DNA of 64,000 bases from an uncultured Candidatus Saccharibacteria bacterium (GCA_964632215.1 CAZWBG010000001.1:241776-305775), one strand, 5' to 3'; positions 18,836 through 30,055 are shown, counted from the stretch's first letter. Program-made: numbers and translations. The notes: generated from the letters alone by a model not told the origin.

Positions 18836-21400
18836 TTAAACTTTTTTATTCGATACTCGCCTGAATATAAGCCGTGCTACTAGTACCGCCCCGATCAAGC
18901 CGACTACGGCGCTTACACCTGCTACCCACCAGCTTTTCGGCTCTTGATTTTGATCTACGCTATACCCATAGCTCCCTGCTTCAGCAGTTAGCTGGAAAGG
19001 CGTAACGGAAGCAACACTCGTAGTTTGTCCAGGAGTCGATACAATATCTCGGGCCAGTGGTGGTATAAATTCTCCACCCGCGAGGCCATCTCGCATAGCG
19101 TTGCCTGAGTTTACCGAAACCGTCTCTGCCCTATTTGATACGGCATCTGACTCTATTGATTCAGACTTCAATTCGGGTGCTGATTGAACTTCACTGGTAT
19201 CTTCCGCCTGTAAGCTCATTGGCTCATATCCTTCTATACCAGGGGTAGTATCGCAGACATCACCCAATCCATCGCTATCAGCATCACTCTGATCCTCATT
19301 CCAATCTCCGGGACAGTTATCTTCCGTATCACTAACTTGATCGCCATCACTCGTTACCGTTATAGGAAACGTAGCCAGTGCTTGCTTAGACTGAGCGTTT
19401 GTCACACGCAAGGTTACGAGACCTCCGTACTGATACATGTACATATAGTCGCTGGTTGAACTTTCACTACTGATTTCGTATACTCCATCTCCATTCGTGT
19501 CCCATTCATAGAGAATTATACCGCTTGAGTCATACGATCCAGACCCATCAAGAGTAATCTTTTCTCCTATACGCGCATTCATACCTTCACCCGCCCAGGC
19601 GTAGGGAGTATCGTTAGCAAACCCATTCATCTGCGAGATAACTGTACTCAGATTATAGTTTTGTAGCGTCGTTGATTGAACCGTGATACCCCCAGTAGCC
19701 TCCGCTAGATAAGTAGCGTTCGGGTCAGGTTCTGCAACATCAGTCGCAGCCCTCAGGGGTATAATTGCAACAGGATCTATGGCTAACGCTTTTTGAACAA
19801 TCGGACCATAGGTTAGTTTCTGGTCTAGGGCAGTGTCGTCTAGTCGAGTCTTGCCTATAATATACACTAGCTTCTTCACACCTGGTCGCCACTTCAAACC
19901 CATGGCCATATTTAGCGCATCTTTCAGAGCACCAGGCGAAGTGTTGCCATGTGAATCTTGCGATATCGAACGAAGAGCCAAGGTTAGCTGACCCCCATCA
20001 GTTGGAAAGTTTGAAAGTAATTGGATTTTTGATTCAGTCCATCCCACCCTGCCAAGCCAAGTATTGTATTTAATGATTGCGAAGCGTGCTGTATTCGATT
20101 TTTGTGTTATTTTGTAGTGAAGACTACTGATAACGCTAGACTTCGTAGTCGTGTCGTCTTTTTTATATCTATCTGCATCATATGATTCGTTGAATATAAA
20201 TACAACATCGTAATCATTTGCTGTTCGTCCGGGTAATATACCTGTCTTCTGTGTTAACCTTTCGCTCAACACCTTCGCTACCTCTTCATGACCCTTAGGA
20301 TTAAAATGAAACCATTCTGCGGGTATACGATTATTAAAAGTATTCATCCATCTACCAGGATTATTAAAAACCGGATCACTCATATCAGGCTCGTGACCTG
20401 CAAAATGTGCCTTAACTTCATCAAAATAGTAGAAATTTGCCTTACTGCTACTCTGAGTAGGAATCACTGAACGATGCATTTGGTCTCCTAGCTCCCCAAG
20501 TAGCCTGATATCCTTACTTGCTTCATACATACTGAGATTAAGAAAATCATACAGCTTATAATTGTCATCTTTTGCAAGATGAGGGTAACCCAGCAACACG
20601 ACCTTTGCATCACTCCTCAGCTTAGATCTCATCTGAGTAAACACACTCTCTAGATTACTACGAAACACTTTCCCCTCTTCTGTATTAACCCGAGTAATGT
20701 CCTTGGAACCATTCACGCGTTCACTACAGCCACCAACATTCACTACAGCAGGTACCTTGAGAAAGCACTTTGACACAATTTCTGCAAACTTTACGTCATT
20801 TCCACCAAGTGTCATGAGTACTAAATCAAAACTGTTATCTATATGATCTAGCTGTGCTCGAATATATCGCCTACATTCGAACCGAACTATCGTGTCCGTT
20901 TTTTGAATAACATTAATTCTATACCGTTCCTCTTCGGCTTCTCGCGGGTCACAGTAACCTTTAGTAAGCAGTTTTGATTTCAGGGTTTCATCGCTATTCC
21001 CTGATACAGCCCCAATTGAATCTAGGCTAATAGCCTTCTCGAAATCCTGCTCAAAATCATTCTCATACAAAATGTCATTCGTCACCGCACCACTGCAGGC
21101 CCTATTAACTAAAGTTACGGCGTAACCTTGACTTTCAAGAGCTTTCGCGTACTTTTCTCCCCAGTTAGAATGACTCCTGTAACATTGGTCTGGTCCGTAA
21201 TAGTCTGTTCTATTGAACGACTTACGTGCACCATTACCAGCAGTATAAGAGTCACCAAGTAAGAGTATTTTAAGCCTACCCATAGAGGATTGCGCTGATA
21301 CTACTCTTCCTTCAACAGTATAGGCTATGAGTAAACATAATAAGAAAATGATGACCTGAATCGATTTTAACAAAGCTGTACGATGCATCATTTCATTCAA
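18836..21400 (-). CDS. Large cell-surface multidomain protein: SGNH/GDSL hydrolase, PKD-like domain, thrombospondin type-3-like Ca-binding repeats, C-terminal TM anchor
   Basis: Signal peptide. GDSYTAG (SGNH block I) and GGND (block III). A PKD-like LDGSGSYD..YEWDTNGDG segment. DTEDNCPGDWNEDQSDADSDGLGDVCD (TSP3-like). C-terminal hydrophobic anchor plus a basic tail. Confidence 0.6.
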   Translation of the reverse strand: MNEMMHRTALLKSIQVIIFLLCLLIAYTVEGRVVSAQSSMGRLKILLLGDSYTAGNGARKSFNRTDYYGPDQCYRSHSNWGEKYAKALESQGYAVTLVNRACSGAVTNDILYENDFEQDFEKAISLDSIGAVSGNSDETLKSKLLTKGYCDPREAEEERYRINVIQKTDTIVRFECRRYIRAQLDHIDNSFDLVLMTLGGNDVKFAEIVSKCFLKVPAVVNVGGCSERVNGSKDITRVNTEEGKVFRSNLESVFTQMRSKLRSDAKVVLLGYPHLAKDDNYKLYDFLNLSMYEASKDIRLLGELGDQMHRSVIPTQSSSKANFYYFDEVKAHFAGHEPDMSDPVFNNPGRWMNTFNNRIPAEWFHFNPKGHEEVAKVLSERLTQKTGILPGRTANDYDVVFIFNESYDADRYKKDDTTTKSSVISSLHYKITQKSNTARFAIIKYNTWLGRVGWTESKIQLLSNFPTDGGQLTLALRSISQDSHGNTSPGALKDALNMAMGLKWRPGVKKLVYIIGKTRLDDTALDQKLTYGPIVQKALAIDPVAIIPLRAATDVAEPDPNATYLAEATGGITVQSTTLQNYNLSTVISQMNGFANDTPYAWAGEGMNARIGEKITLDGSGSYDSSGIILYEWDTNGDGVYEISSESSTSDYMYMYQYGGLVTLRVTNAQSKQALATFPITVTSDGDQVSDTEDNCPGDWNEDQSDADSDGLGDVCDTTPGIEGYEPMSLQAEDTSEVQSAPELKSESIESDAVSNRAETVSVNSGNAMRDGLAGGEFIPPLARDIVSTPGQTTSVASVTPFQLTAEAGSYGYSVDQNQEPKSWWVAGVSAVVGLIGAVLVARLIFRRVSNKKV

Positions 21401-21431
21401 AATTTTTTACCCTTCTAGAAAGTGGCTCGTC

Positions 21432-21968
21432 TTATCCATCTGTTATTCTCAAAGTTAAGTATCCGCTATATTCCTCTAGGCTCATTACTAGCTGAAAAAT
21501 ATGTCCATGAATATCTTTATTAAAAACATACCTTTTCTTATCTTCTATCGCATAATCAGACTGCCCTAGCCAGCCCTGCTCTACGAGTACGTTTGATAGA
21601 ACTTTACTCATCTCTTCGTATGATTTTCCAGATTTTGATTTAAACCTTAGGTAAACAGCTGGGTCATTATAGACATTTTTCCAATCTAGGCCACCGTAAT
21701 CTTCACTGACTCTAACTCGCTTTATGTCGTCTGTCCTGTAGTTATATATCTCTTGTTCTCGTAGCAGTTTAACCTCTTGGGGTGCTTCGATATAGTGATA
21801 CGCATAGTACGCTTTATACCCAGCAAAGAGAATAACAATTAATAAAAGTACCTTTACGATACGCTTTGACCAAAGATTTCTTAGTTTTGTACCAAATGAG
21901 CGATAATTTTTGGGAATCTTACTCCTGGGCTGTACTTTCGCTTTTTTAACAGTCCGAGGTCTTGGCAT
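21432..21968 (-). CDS. Hypothetical membrane-anchored protein
   Basis: 178 aa with a basic N-terminus, one TM and a soluble domain. No family recognised. Confidence 0.4.
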   Translation of the reverse strand: MPRPRTVKKAKVQPRSKIPKNYRSFGTKLRNLWSKRIVKVLLLIVILFAGYKAYYAYHYIEAPQEVKLLREQEIYNYRTDDIKRVRVSEDYGGLDWKNVYNDPAVYLRFKSKSGKSYEEMSKVLSNVLVEQGWLGQSDYAIEDKKRYVFNKDIHGHIFQLVMSLEEYSGYLTLRITDG

Positions 21969-22059
21969 CCTGCTCCTTTAATAGCTTATGTAAAAACTGT
22001 AGCATTTAAAAAAAGTTGGCGCTAGTCTTGAATAGTTTGAGAAATGTTGTAACAATTAC

Positions 22060-24039
22060 CTATTTTGAGTCAAGTTTTTGTTGAATTTCGAGGATGTTGT
22101 CACGGAGCTCGGCGGCTTTTTCAAACTCTAGATTAGCGGAGGCAAGATCCATTTGTGCATTCAATTCTTTCAGCAAGTTCTTGTATTCTTCTTTTGGAAT
22201 CTTCTTTAAATCTAGCTTCGGCTTCTTGTCTTTGACTGGCGCACCTATGATTGCCCGGAGACCTTCATCTATAATCTTATCTATACCGGTTGGTGTGATA
22301 CCATGCTTTTTATTATAATCGTCTTGAATTTTACGGCGACGAATTGTCTCATCAATAGCGAACTGCATTGATTTAGTAGTATGATCGGCATACATAATCA
22401 CGTGACCCTCTACATGTCGTGCAGCACGGCCAATTGTCTGAATCAATGCTTGAGAGCTACGTAGGAACCCTTCTTTATCGGCATCAATAATTGCTACCAG
22501 GCTTACTTCTGGTAAATCTAAACCTTCACGTAGCAGGTTGATACCAACGAGTACATCGTAAATTCCGAGTCGCAGATCGCGAAGTATATCCGTGCGCTCC
22601 AGGGTGTCAACATCACTGTGTAGATAGGCAGTTTTAATATCTAGCTCACCCAAGTAATCACTTAGATCCTCGGCCATTCGCTTGGTGAGCGTAGTAACCA
22701 AAACACGCTGGCCTTTGGCGGTTGTGGCACGAATCTCTTTAATAAGGTCATCTATCTGGTTCGTGGTTGGTCTAATTTCAATAGGTGGATCAAGTAGGCC
22801 AGTAGGTCGGATCACTTGCTGAATCGGCTTGTCGCCGTGCGTCAATTCATACTCGGCTGGTGTGGCTGATACGTAAATAACCTGGTTTACATGTCGTTCA
22901 AATTCAGTAAAGGTTAAGGGTCGGTTATCAAGAGCTGAAGGTAGCCGAAAACCGTGATCTACAAGCACCTCTTTACGTGCCCTGTCGCCATTGTACATTC
23001 CTCGAACTTGCGGAAGTGTCATGTGACTTTCATCTATCATCATTAAGTAATCATCTGGAAAGTAGTCTAGCAGGGTTGCTGGTTGCTCACCTGGTTCACG
23101 ATTGGTTAAATAGCGTGAGTAATTTTCAATTCCCTTTACAAAACCAGTTTCTTCTAACATTTCTAAATCAAATTTAGTTCGCTGAGCTAATCGCTGGGCT
23201 TCGAGTAATTTATTCTGAGATTCAAACTGTTCGATTCGTTGGTTAAATTCTGAGCGGATCTTCTCAATGGCCACATTGAGTTTGTCGCGAGGCGTAACGT
23301 AGTGCGAACCAGGAAAGATGCGAAGTGTCTTGGGTTCACTTAATATTTCGCCCGTCAATGGGCTGATTTCAGTAATTCGCTCTACCTCATCACCAAAGAA
23401 CTCCACTCTAAAGGCAGTTTCACCACCAGCCGGGAAAACATCGACTACATCGCCGCGCACTCGAAAGATTGAGCGCTGAAAGTCAATATCGTTACGATGG
23501 TATTGAATATCGGTCAAATGACGAATAAATTTGTCTTGGCGGCGCTTTTCACCAACACTTACTTCAAGTGCCATCTCGCCGTAGTCCTCACGCGAACCAA
23601 TACCATAGATACAGCTTACGCTCGCTACAATTATACAATCACGTCGACTGAGCAGAGCAGCAGTTGCAGCATGCCGAAGACGGTCGATCTCTTCATTAAT
23701 TTTACTGTCCTTTTCAATATAAGTATCACTTGAAGGCATATAGGCTTCTGGCTGGTAATAGTCGAAGTAACTTACAAAATAATGAACTTCGTTTTCAGGA
23801 AAGAACTGTCGAAACTCGCTATAAAGCTGCGCGGCTAAGGTTTTGTTATGGCTCAGTACTAAGGTAGGTTTTTGAACGTTTTGTATGACATTAGCCATGG
23901 TAAACGTTTTACCTGAGCCTGTGACACCAAGCAAAGTTTGTTGTTTGCTACCTTTCTCAAGCCCATTGGTAAGTGCCTCAATAGCTGCTGGCTGATCACC
24001 AGTTGGTTGATAGTTAATCTTAAGTGAAAACTTCTTCAT
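22060..24039 (-). CDS. uvrB: Excinuclease ABC subunit B
   Basis: 659 aa with [15 protein letters not shown] Walker A, helicase motifs, and a C-terminal UvrB/UvrC interaction helix ([19 protein letters not shown]). Confidence 0.9.
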   Translation of the reverse strand: MKKFSLKINYQPTGDQPAAIEALTNGLEKGSKQQTLLGVTGSGKTFTMANVIQNVQKPTLVLSHNKTLAAQLYSEFRQFFPENEVHYFVSYFDYYQPEAYMPSSDTYIEKDSKINEEIDRLRHAATAALLSRRDCIIVASVSCIYGIGSREDYGEMALEVSVGEKRRQDKFIRHLTDIQYHRNDIDFQRSIFRVRGDVVDVFPAGGETAFRVEFFGDEVERITEISPLTGEILSEPKTLRIFPGSHYVTPRDKLNVAIEKIRSEFNQRIEQFESQNKLLEAQRLAQRTKFDLEMLEETGFVKGIENYSRYLTNREPGEQPATLLDYFPDDYLMMIDESHMTLPQVRGMYNGDRARKEVLVDHGFRLPSALDNRPLTFTEFERHVNQVIYVSATPAEYELTHGDKPIQQVIRPTGLLDPPIEIRPTTNQIDDLIKEIRATTAKGQRVLVTTLTKRMAEDLSDYLGELDIKTAYLHSDVDTLERTDILRDLRLGIYDVLVGINLLREGLDLPEVSLVAIIDADKEGFLRSSQALIQTIGRAARHVEGHVIMYADHTTKSMQFAIDETIRRRKIQDDYNKKHGITPTGIDKIIDEGLRAIIGAPVKDKKPKLDLKKIPKEEYKNLLKELNAQMDLASANLEFEKAAELRDNILEIQQKLDSK

Positions 24040-24078
24040 TACCTCTAGTATACAACATTATGAGCGTTGAGTTTTTGG

Positions 24079-24276
24079 CTATAAATCTATCTGCTCATGC
24101 GTCTGCTGCGTCGTAGTCTTCTCGCTCAACCCCTCCACAATATTTTTCGATCTTTCAGATTGAGATTTTCCAGTATTACTTGCCACAACACCCAGCGTAA
24201 TAGTAAGTACTATGAAGACACCAAATAATACCCGCGCAGTCTTGGAGGGTAGGCTTGGCGGTTGTATAGGGTCCAT
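24079..24276 (-). CDS. Small membrane protein, hypothetical
   Basis: 65 aa, single TM. Confidence 0.3.
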   Translation of the reverse strand: MDPIQPPSLPSKTARVLFGVFIVLTITLGVVASNTGKSQSERSKNIVEGLSEKTTTQQTHEQIDL

Positions 24277-24286
24277 AGTTCTCCAG

Positions 24287-24937
24287 TTACTTCTTTACAG
24301 CTGATGTTTGTGTATGTTTATTATGCTGAGTCTCTAAGATTCCTACCATCCTTGCCACTAAAGAGGTTGGATCACCTGAAAAGTATACCTCATGCTTACC
24401 ATCACACATACCATCATGGCACATACCCGCAGCCTTCATGAGGTACTCAAACTGTGAACTTACTCCACCACTATCTTGCAGCACTCCAACCGGTACATGG
24501 CTTTCGATTGCAATTGCAAATTCATGCACGGTACCCATACGGCCACCGATACTCAGGACTGCATCAGAACTTTGTACGAGCAATGTATCTCTTCCTACGT
24601 AATGAAGTCCTGTGTAGAGTATGAAGTCGTAGGCAGTTGTTGGTAGGCGATACTTCTTAACATGTTCTTGATAGCTTGCAGCGGGACTAATACCAATACT
24701 CAAACCACCCACACTCTTGGCACCTTGAGCAGCCCAATCTGGTAGACCCACGGTGGCACCAGTAATTAAAGCGTGCCCTGCAAGCGCAATTTGCTTACCT
24801 AGCTCGAAAGCACTGTTGTAGTGCTCTTCAACCGTTTGTCCACGAGCCGCACCGCTAACGCAAATAGTGAACCGGTGCTTAGCTGGTTGCGGAACGATCT
24901 TTTCTTCTTTAGGTGGTTGGATTGTCCGTGTTGGCAT
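24287..24937 (-). CDS. LOG/TIGR00725-like Rossmann-fold protein (SLOG superfamily)
   Basis: ICVSGAARG...ITGATVGLPDWAAQGA...GGRMGTVHEF resembles LOG/DprA-like nucleotide-binding proteins. Confidence 0.55.
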   Translation of the reverse strand: MPTRTIQPPKEEKIVPQPAKHRFTICVSGAARGQTVEEHYNSAFELGKQIALAGHALITGATVGLPDWAAQGAKSVGGLSIGISPAASYQEHVKKYRLPTTAYDFILYTGLHYVGRDTLLVQSSDAVLSIGGRMGTVHEFAIAIESHVPVGVLQDSGGVSSQFEYLMKAAGMCHDGMCDGKHEVYFSGDPTSLVARMVGILETQHNKHTQTSAVKK

Positions 24938-26175
24938 TAGTTAATCTCCTCTGGGTTTATGCTGCCGCTTTCAAGGTGCTGCAAAATTTGTTGCTGAAGC
25001 TTATCTTCACCGATATATCGACTGAAGATTTCATTCCACAAACTGTTTCTAAAATGTATGTACGAACGTTTGGTAAAATCTGACTGATTACTGTAGCTTT
25101 TGGCGACATCCATAAGATTAAAGGTTACAGGCAAACCATCTTCGCCCAAAACTGCTGTATATTCCATATCTTTCCAGTAAGCAAGCGTATTATCCATCTT
25201 ATGCAAAGCTGTTTCAGCCTTATGCCAAAAGAGATCTTCTAGCTGAACATGTGGCTCAAAGGCTTCTGGTAAAGTTTTCTTGTGCGTACCGAAGTGTCGC
25301 TGGATAACTCGCCAATGAATATCTTGACCAGCTATTTTTAAACCAGTATCAGTATCGGTGATTAACGTCTTACTGACTGTTTGACCAAAATCTGACCCAG
25401 TACTTTTGAGTTTAAAAAACGCCGAGTATGAACGTATCTCGTTCATGTACTGAAATATAAGTGGTATTACCAGCAGTGGTAGACCCTTCTTATGAGTAGC
25501 GTGTACAGGTGTCAAGGCGATAACACCAAGCTCCTTCGAGTGGACGACTGTGTGTTGCCGTTCACGCACAAAATTTGTAGCCAAATCCACCCATTTGTCT
25601 TGGTCCATAATACATATTTCGATATCACGGGTCTCAAAATCAGAAGGCAAAATACGCTTCTCAAATAGATCACCGTACCTATGAAGCCAGGTTGAATCCT
25701 CAGAGAATCGAAGCCCAGTATAAATTTCATTAATATTTTCGTTTTTGAGCATACTCTCAAGACTGCGATACCCAAGGTGCTTCATCATATTTTTAGGTGG
25801 TGCAGCTCTGAGTAGTTCTTTGGCGACAGACCGCTTAAGTACCCAGCATCGCCTAGATACATCTGATTCTTTTACAGCAGCTACTAACCTTGGTAATATC
25901 TCATTTACCGGAGCATCTTCACTCGTACCAAGCTTTTTAGCAAGTCGTTGGTTATCTTCACGCACCCGCTGAGCTAGTCCGTGGAATAATTCTTTACCTG
26001 TTGTGTCCTGACTATCTAAGCCAAGTTCTTGAGTAGCTCGATGTGTTTTTTCAAGAAGCTCTGCAATTAGCTGTACGTCGATTGCCTTCTTACCCGTTAC
26101 AACCTCGAGCTGACGCAAACTTTGCGTAAATAATGGTTCTTGTGCATCTAGTAGGTCTCTTAGTAGTTTACTCAT
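24937..26175 (-). CDS. Hypothetical protein (412 aa)
   Basis: No recognised motifs. Its stop overlaps the LOG-like gene start (ATGA), so the two are probably co-translated. Confidence 0.45.
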   Translation of the reverse strand: MSKLLRDLLDAQEPLFTQSLRQLEVVTGKKAIDVQLIAELLEKTHRATQELGLDSQDTTGKELFHGLAQRVREDNQRLAKKLGTSEDAPVNEILPRLVAAVKESDVSRRCWVLKRSVAKELLRAAPPKNMMKHLGYRSLESMLKNENINEIYTGLRFSEDSTWLHRYGDLFEKRILPSDFETRDIEICIMDQDKWVDLATNFVRERQHTVVHSKELGVIALTPVHATHKKGLPLLVIPLIFQYMNEIRSYSAFFKLKSTGSDFGQTVSKTLITDTDTGLKIAGQDIHWRVIQRHFGTHKKTLPEAFEPHVQLEDLFWHKAETALHKMDNTLAYWKDMEYTAVLGEDGLPVTFNLMDVAKSYSNQSDFTKRSYIHFRNSLWNEIFSRYIGEDKLQQQILQHLESGSINPEEIN

Positions 26176-26227
26176 AGTTTTTATGTTTTAGCTTATGCTT
26201 AAAGTATACGCCACTAGAGGTAGTTTG

Positions 26228-27190
26228 TCACACGATTTTTTGAGCTTTGAGTTCCATAGAGTGAATCTTGGTATGATAGGCTAGAACACCTTTATTGGCA
26301 CCAATCTGCGAGACCACGCTCGTTGAGTTGGCACTGGCGAACGTAATTGCTTCCTCTAAGCCCTTACCTAGGGCTATCATGGCAACGAAACCACTCGTAA
26401 AAGCATCTCCTGCACCAGTTCTGTCAATAACCGGTACATCTTCATACATTCCCGCTTCCACAATACTCTCACCATCCGTCGCTAGTGATCCATTCGGGCC
26501 ATCGCTCACAAGCACATACTTTACTGATTGTGAAAGATGTGCAGCCAGGCTCTTGAGTGTATCGCCCTTCACAAAAAGTTGAGCTTCTTCCTTGTTAACT
26601 GCAAAGAGCTCTACGTATGAGAGTAAATCAGCACATTTCTGTACATGTTGGAGCTCAAAAGTTGCAGGGTTAAAAGCAATCTTAACACCTCTTCTATGGG
26701 CTCGTTTCATCAGATCCGCAAGCACCTCCATAGAACCAAGCGAAGAAACGTAAAGCCAATCACAATCCAAAATATCATCGGTTAGAATATCGGCCCGAGA
26801 ACTTAGTGGTTCACTTTTATAATTTAAAATTGTGCGCTCACCCGAAGGCGCTAGCAATACCGTAGAATAGCTCGTAGTAAAGGATTCGTCGGTTATCACA
26901 TGAGCCGCGTGGATCTCTTCGTGGTCAAGTTGTCGTAAAATAGCCTGACCAGCAGGGTCGTCGCCTAGTAAACTTACGAAGCTCGTATCAAGCTTCTGGC
27001 GTGCAAAGGTAATAGCGGCATTCATGGCGTTGCCACCAGTTGCAAAAGTAAGTGATTCAACCGAAAGCTTGTCGCCAAGCTTGAGATGCTCGTAACATAC
27101 CCCTTCTTCACACTCAGGCGTAAAGACACTACCCTGCAAAAATACATCTTGTGCTGCACTACCTACACATAACATAATGGGCTTATTCAT
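26228..27190 (-). CDS. PfkB-family carbohydrate/nucleoside kinase (ribokinase-like)
   Basis: DRTGAGDAF motif near the C-terminus; N-terminal GG motif region. Confidence 0.8.
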   Translation of the reverse strand: MNKPIMLCVGSAAQDVFLQGSVFTPECEEGVCYEHLKLGDKLSVESLTFATGGNAMNAAITFARQKLDTSFVSLLGDDPAGQAILRQLDHEEIHAAHVITDESFTTSYSTVLLAPSGERTILNYKSEPLSSRADILTDDILDCDWLYVSSLGSMEVLADLMKRAHRRGVKIAFNPATFELQHVQKCADLLSYVELFAVNKEEAQLFVKGDTLKSLAAHLSQSVKYVLVSDGPNGSLATDGESIVEAGMYEDVPVIDRTGAGDAFTSGFVAMIALGKGLEEAITFASANSTSVVSQIGANKGVLAYHTKIHSMELKAQKIV

Positions 27191-27239
27191 AATTTTTGTT
27201 GTACCGATCGTTTATTATATTGCATACCGTAATAATCTT

Positions 27240-28151
27240 TTATCTAATTGCTTTATCACTCGAGCCAAAAGCTTCTATTTTTGCCTCAACTACCTCCTGT
27301 ACGGCTGTATAAACTTCAGGCATAAGTTTTACCACGGCGTACTCGTCAGGGTTTTCTTTTAGAACCTTCTCTAACGTATCACGAAAGGCTACCCGCATGT
27401 CAGTGTTGATATTGATCTTACTGATACCGATTTTTGCTGCTTCTTCAAAATAATGTAGCGGTGTACCTGAACCACCATGTAAGCTAATATTGCAATCGAG
27501 CACTTTGCGAATTTGCGTGAGTAGTTCAAGATCAAGCACTTTGGGTACTGGGTATTTGCCGTGCAAGTTACCAACTGCTGCAGCGAACGTGTCGATTTCT
27601 GTCATTGCTACAAACTCTTTAGCGGCAGCTGGAGTCGAGAATGTCTTTTTTACCTCTTGGTAGTCAATCTTTTCCTTAAACACGTTTGATCCACCACCAA
27701 AGTAGTGCGGCTCACTCTCTACTAGTGCTCCCGTGAACCGAGCATACTCTACAATTTCAACTGTTTCCTTTATTATCTCTTCTTCGGTCGCATCGTGACG
27801 AGCCTGAGAAATATCGATATGAATAAATTCAAAACCGGCGTCAATACCTCGTTTAGCACTTTCAACCGTCGGACTATGATCAAGATTAATATATATCTCT
27901 ATTCCATATTCATCTCGGTAGTTGTCTACCATGTCACGAATATTGTCCAGACCGAGTGCATCTACCTCACCCTGGCTAACCTCAACTAATACCGGTGAGT
28001 TCTTCGTCTGTGCTGCACGGCACACTGCAATTAACGTTTCCTGATTGTCTATATTAAAAGCACCCACAGCAAACTTTTGCTGGCGACTGCGCTGCATAAG
28101 ATGCCTGGCTTTGAGGCAACTTTCTCTAATTTCACGAATTGATAATGACAT
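27240..28151 (-). CDS. fba: Class II fructose-bisphosphate aldolase
   Basis: NLDHSPTVESAKR...FIHIDIS and SLHGGSGTP motifs typical of Zn-dependent class II FBA. Confidence 0.85.
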   Translation of the reverse strand: MSLSIREIRESCLKARHLMQRSRQQKFAVGAFNIDNQETLIAVCRAAQTKNSPVLVEVSQGEVDALGLDNIRDMVDNYRDEYGIEIYINLDHSPTVESAKRGIDAGFEFIHIDISQARHDATEEEIIKETVEIVEYARFTGALVESEPHYFGGGSNVFKEKIDYQEVKKTFSTPAAAKEFVAMTEIDTFAAAVGNLHGKYPVPKVLDLELLTQIRKVLDCNISLHGGSGTPLHYFEEAAKIGISKININTDMRVAFRDTLEKVLKENPDEYAVVKLMPEVYTAVQEVVEAKIEAFGSSDKAIR

Positions 28152-28165
28152 GTTTGCTTCCTTCT

Positions 28166-29146
28166 TTATGTATTTATAAGCTCGTGAGCTGCGAGAGCAA
28201 TGTGCGTATGCGTTAAGCCAAAAGCTCGTAAAAGTTCATCTGGCTCACCACTCTCACCAAAGCGATCTTTGATACCAATGCGCTTCAGCAGGGTTGGATG
28301 CTTCTCACTGAGCAATTCGGCAACCGCACCACCGAGTCCACCCGCAATCTGACCCTCTTCGGCAGTTATTATATAACCAGTCTTCTTTGCACTGCGCAAA
28401 ATAGTGTCCTCGTCTAGTGGCTTAATGGTTGCACAGTGGATCACTTCAGCCGAAACTCCATCTTTCTCTAAACTCTTTGCTGCAGCCAAGGCTTGGTAAG
28501 TCATGGTGCCCGTTGCCACAATAGTAACGTCGTTACCTTCTTTGAATACTTGAGCTTTACCAATCTCGAAAGGGGTTCTGTCTGTTGTGAAGATTGGCGT
28601 ACTCTCACGAGCAAGGCGAATATAGTTCGGGCGCTTGTCCTCACTCATTGCAACAGTAGCTTTTTCCGCTTCTTTACTATCACACGGGGCAATAACTACC
28701 ATATTAGGCAAACTGCGCATTAAAGTAATGTCTTCAAGCATCTGGTGTGTTGCTCCATCCGGCCCAACAGAGATACCGGCATGAGAACCTACTATTTTTA
28801 CTGGTCGATCATTCAAGCAAATAGTTGTGCGGATCTGCTCCCAGCAACGACCAGGGCAGAATGCTGCATAGCTTGAGCAAAATGGGATCTTCCCCATAGC
28901 TGCCATACCACTAGAAACAGTCACAAGATTTTGTTCAGCTACACCGACTTCAATGAATCGTTCTGGGAAAGTATCTTTAAATAAATTCATCTTGGTTGAA
29001 TCAGTTAAATCAGCGCATAACGCCACTACCTGGTCGTTTGCCTCACCAGCAGCTTTGAGTCCTCGGCCGAAACCACTACGAATTGGTTCAGATTCAATAG
29101 TGGGATCACCAATATGATCATTTAAATACACATTACTCATGTTCAC
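28166..29146 (-). CDS. Transketolase, C-terminal (pyrimidine-binding) subunit
   Basis: 326 aa. Aligns to the C-terminal half of transketolase. Overlaps the N-terminal subunit gene. Confidence 0.85.
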   Translation of the reverse strand: MNMSNVYLNDHIGDPTIESEPIRSGFGRGLKAAGEANDQVVALCADLTDSTKMNLFKDTFPERFIEVGVAEQNLVTVSSGMAAMGKIPFCSSYAAFCPGRCWEQIRTTICLNDRPVKIVGSHAGISVGPDGATHQMLEDITLMRSLPNMVVIAPCDSKEAEKATVAMSEDKRPNYIRLARESTPIFTTDRTPFEIGKAQVFKEGNDVTIVATGTMTYQALAAAKSLEKDGVSAEVIHCATIKPLDEDTILRSAKKTGYIITAEEGQIAGGLGGAVAELLSEKHPTLLKRIGIKDRFGESGEPDELLRAFGLTHTHIALAAHELINT

Positions 29147-30005
29147 CTCGAATCTTACCGTCCAAGCTACGCAGCTTCTTCATGGCAGCCTTAGCCTGTT
29201 CGCTATTTGGTGGTGCTCCATGCCAATGGTAATCATATTCCATAAAATCTACTCCTCTTCCAGGGACGGTATGCGCAATAATCACACTTGGGCGGTTCGT
29301 AATCGCCCGTGCCATTGAGCACGCGTCAATTACACTCTCAATATTATTGCCATCAATTTCTTGTACATGCCAGCCGAAGCTTTCCCATTTACCTTTTAGG
29401 TCCTCTAGCGGCATCACGTCTTCAGTAGTACCATCTATTTGAATATTATTTCTGTCGATAATTCCTATAAGGTGATCGAGTTTATATTTGCCGGCAAACA
29501 TGGCAGCTTCCCAAATATTACCCTCATTGAGTTCACCGTCACCCATAGCACAGTAAACCCAGCGATGCCCCATATCTCCCATCTTCATGGCATATGCCAT
29601 ACCTGCTGCTTGGCTCAAGCCGCTACCTAGCGGCCCGCTCGTAGTCTCAAGTCCTGGCAGTTTAGTACGCTCTGGGTGACCTTGCAGCCGAGATCCATAC
29701 CGTCTAAGGGTTAGTAGCTCTTTTTTGTCGAAGTAGCCTGCATGAGCCATAGCAACATACTGTACCGGTGCAATATGACCGTTAGAAAGTATGAACATAT
29801 CTCGTTCATCCCAATCGGGCTTTTTTGGATCGTATTTTAGAATATCGAAATAAAGTGCTGTCAGTACGTCTGCCATATCAAGTGGACCGGCAGAATGTCC
29901 ACTTCCTGCTTGTTCAAGCATTTTAATGATATCTTTACGAATATCATTTGCAATCTTCTCGAGTTGAGCAATGGTATATACTTTACGCTTCATCTTTTTT
30001 AACAC
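29133..30005 (-). CDS. Transketolase, N-terminal (TPP-binding) subunit
   Basis: 290 aa with the GDGELNEG TPP-binding motif and GHIAP. Split transketolase arrangement. Confidence 0.85.
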   Translation of the reverse strand: MLKKMKRKVYTIAQLEKIANDIRKDIIKMLEQAGSGHSAGPLDMADVLTALYFDILKYDPKKPDWDERDMFILSNGHIAPVQYVAMAHAGYFDKKELLTLRRYGSRLQGHPERTKLPGLETTSGPLGSGLSQAAGMAYAMKMGDMGHRWVYCAMGDGELNEGNIWEAAMFAGKYKLDHLIGIIDRNNIQIDGTTEDVMPLEDLKGKWESFGWHVQEIDGNNIESVIDACSMARAITNRPSVIIAHTVPGRGVDFMEYDYHWHGAPPNSEQAKAAMKKLRSLDGKIRGEHE

Positions 30006-30055
30006 TCACTTTCTTTGCTTAAAGTATACCATAAGCACTATAAGTAAAGTCTGTT

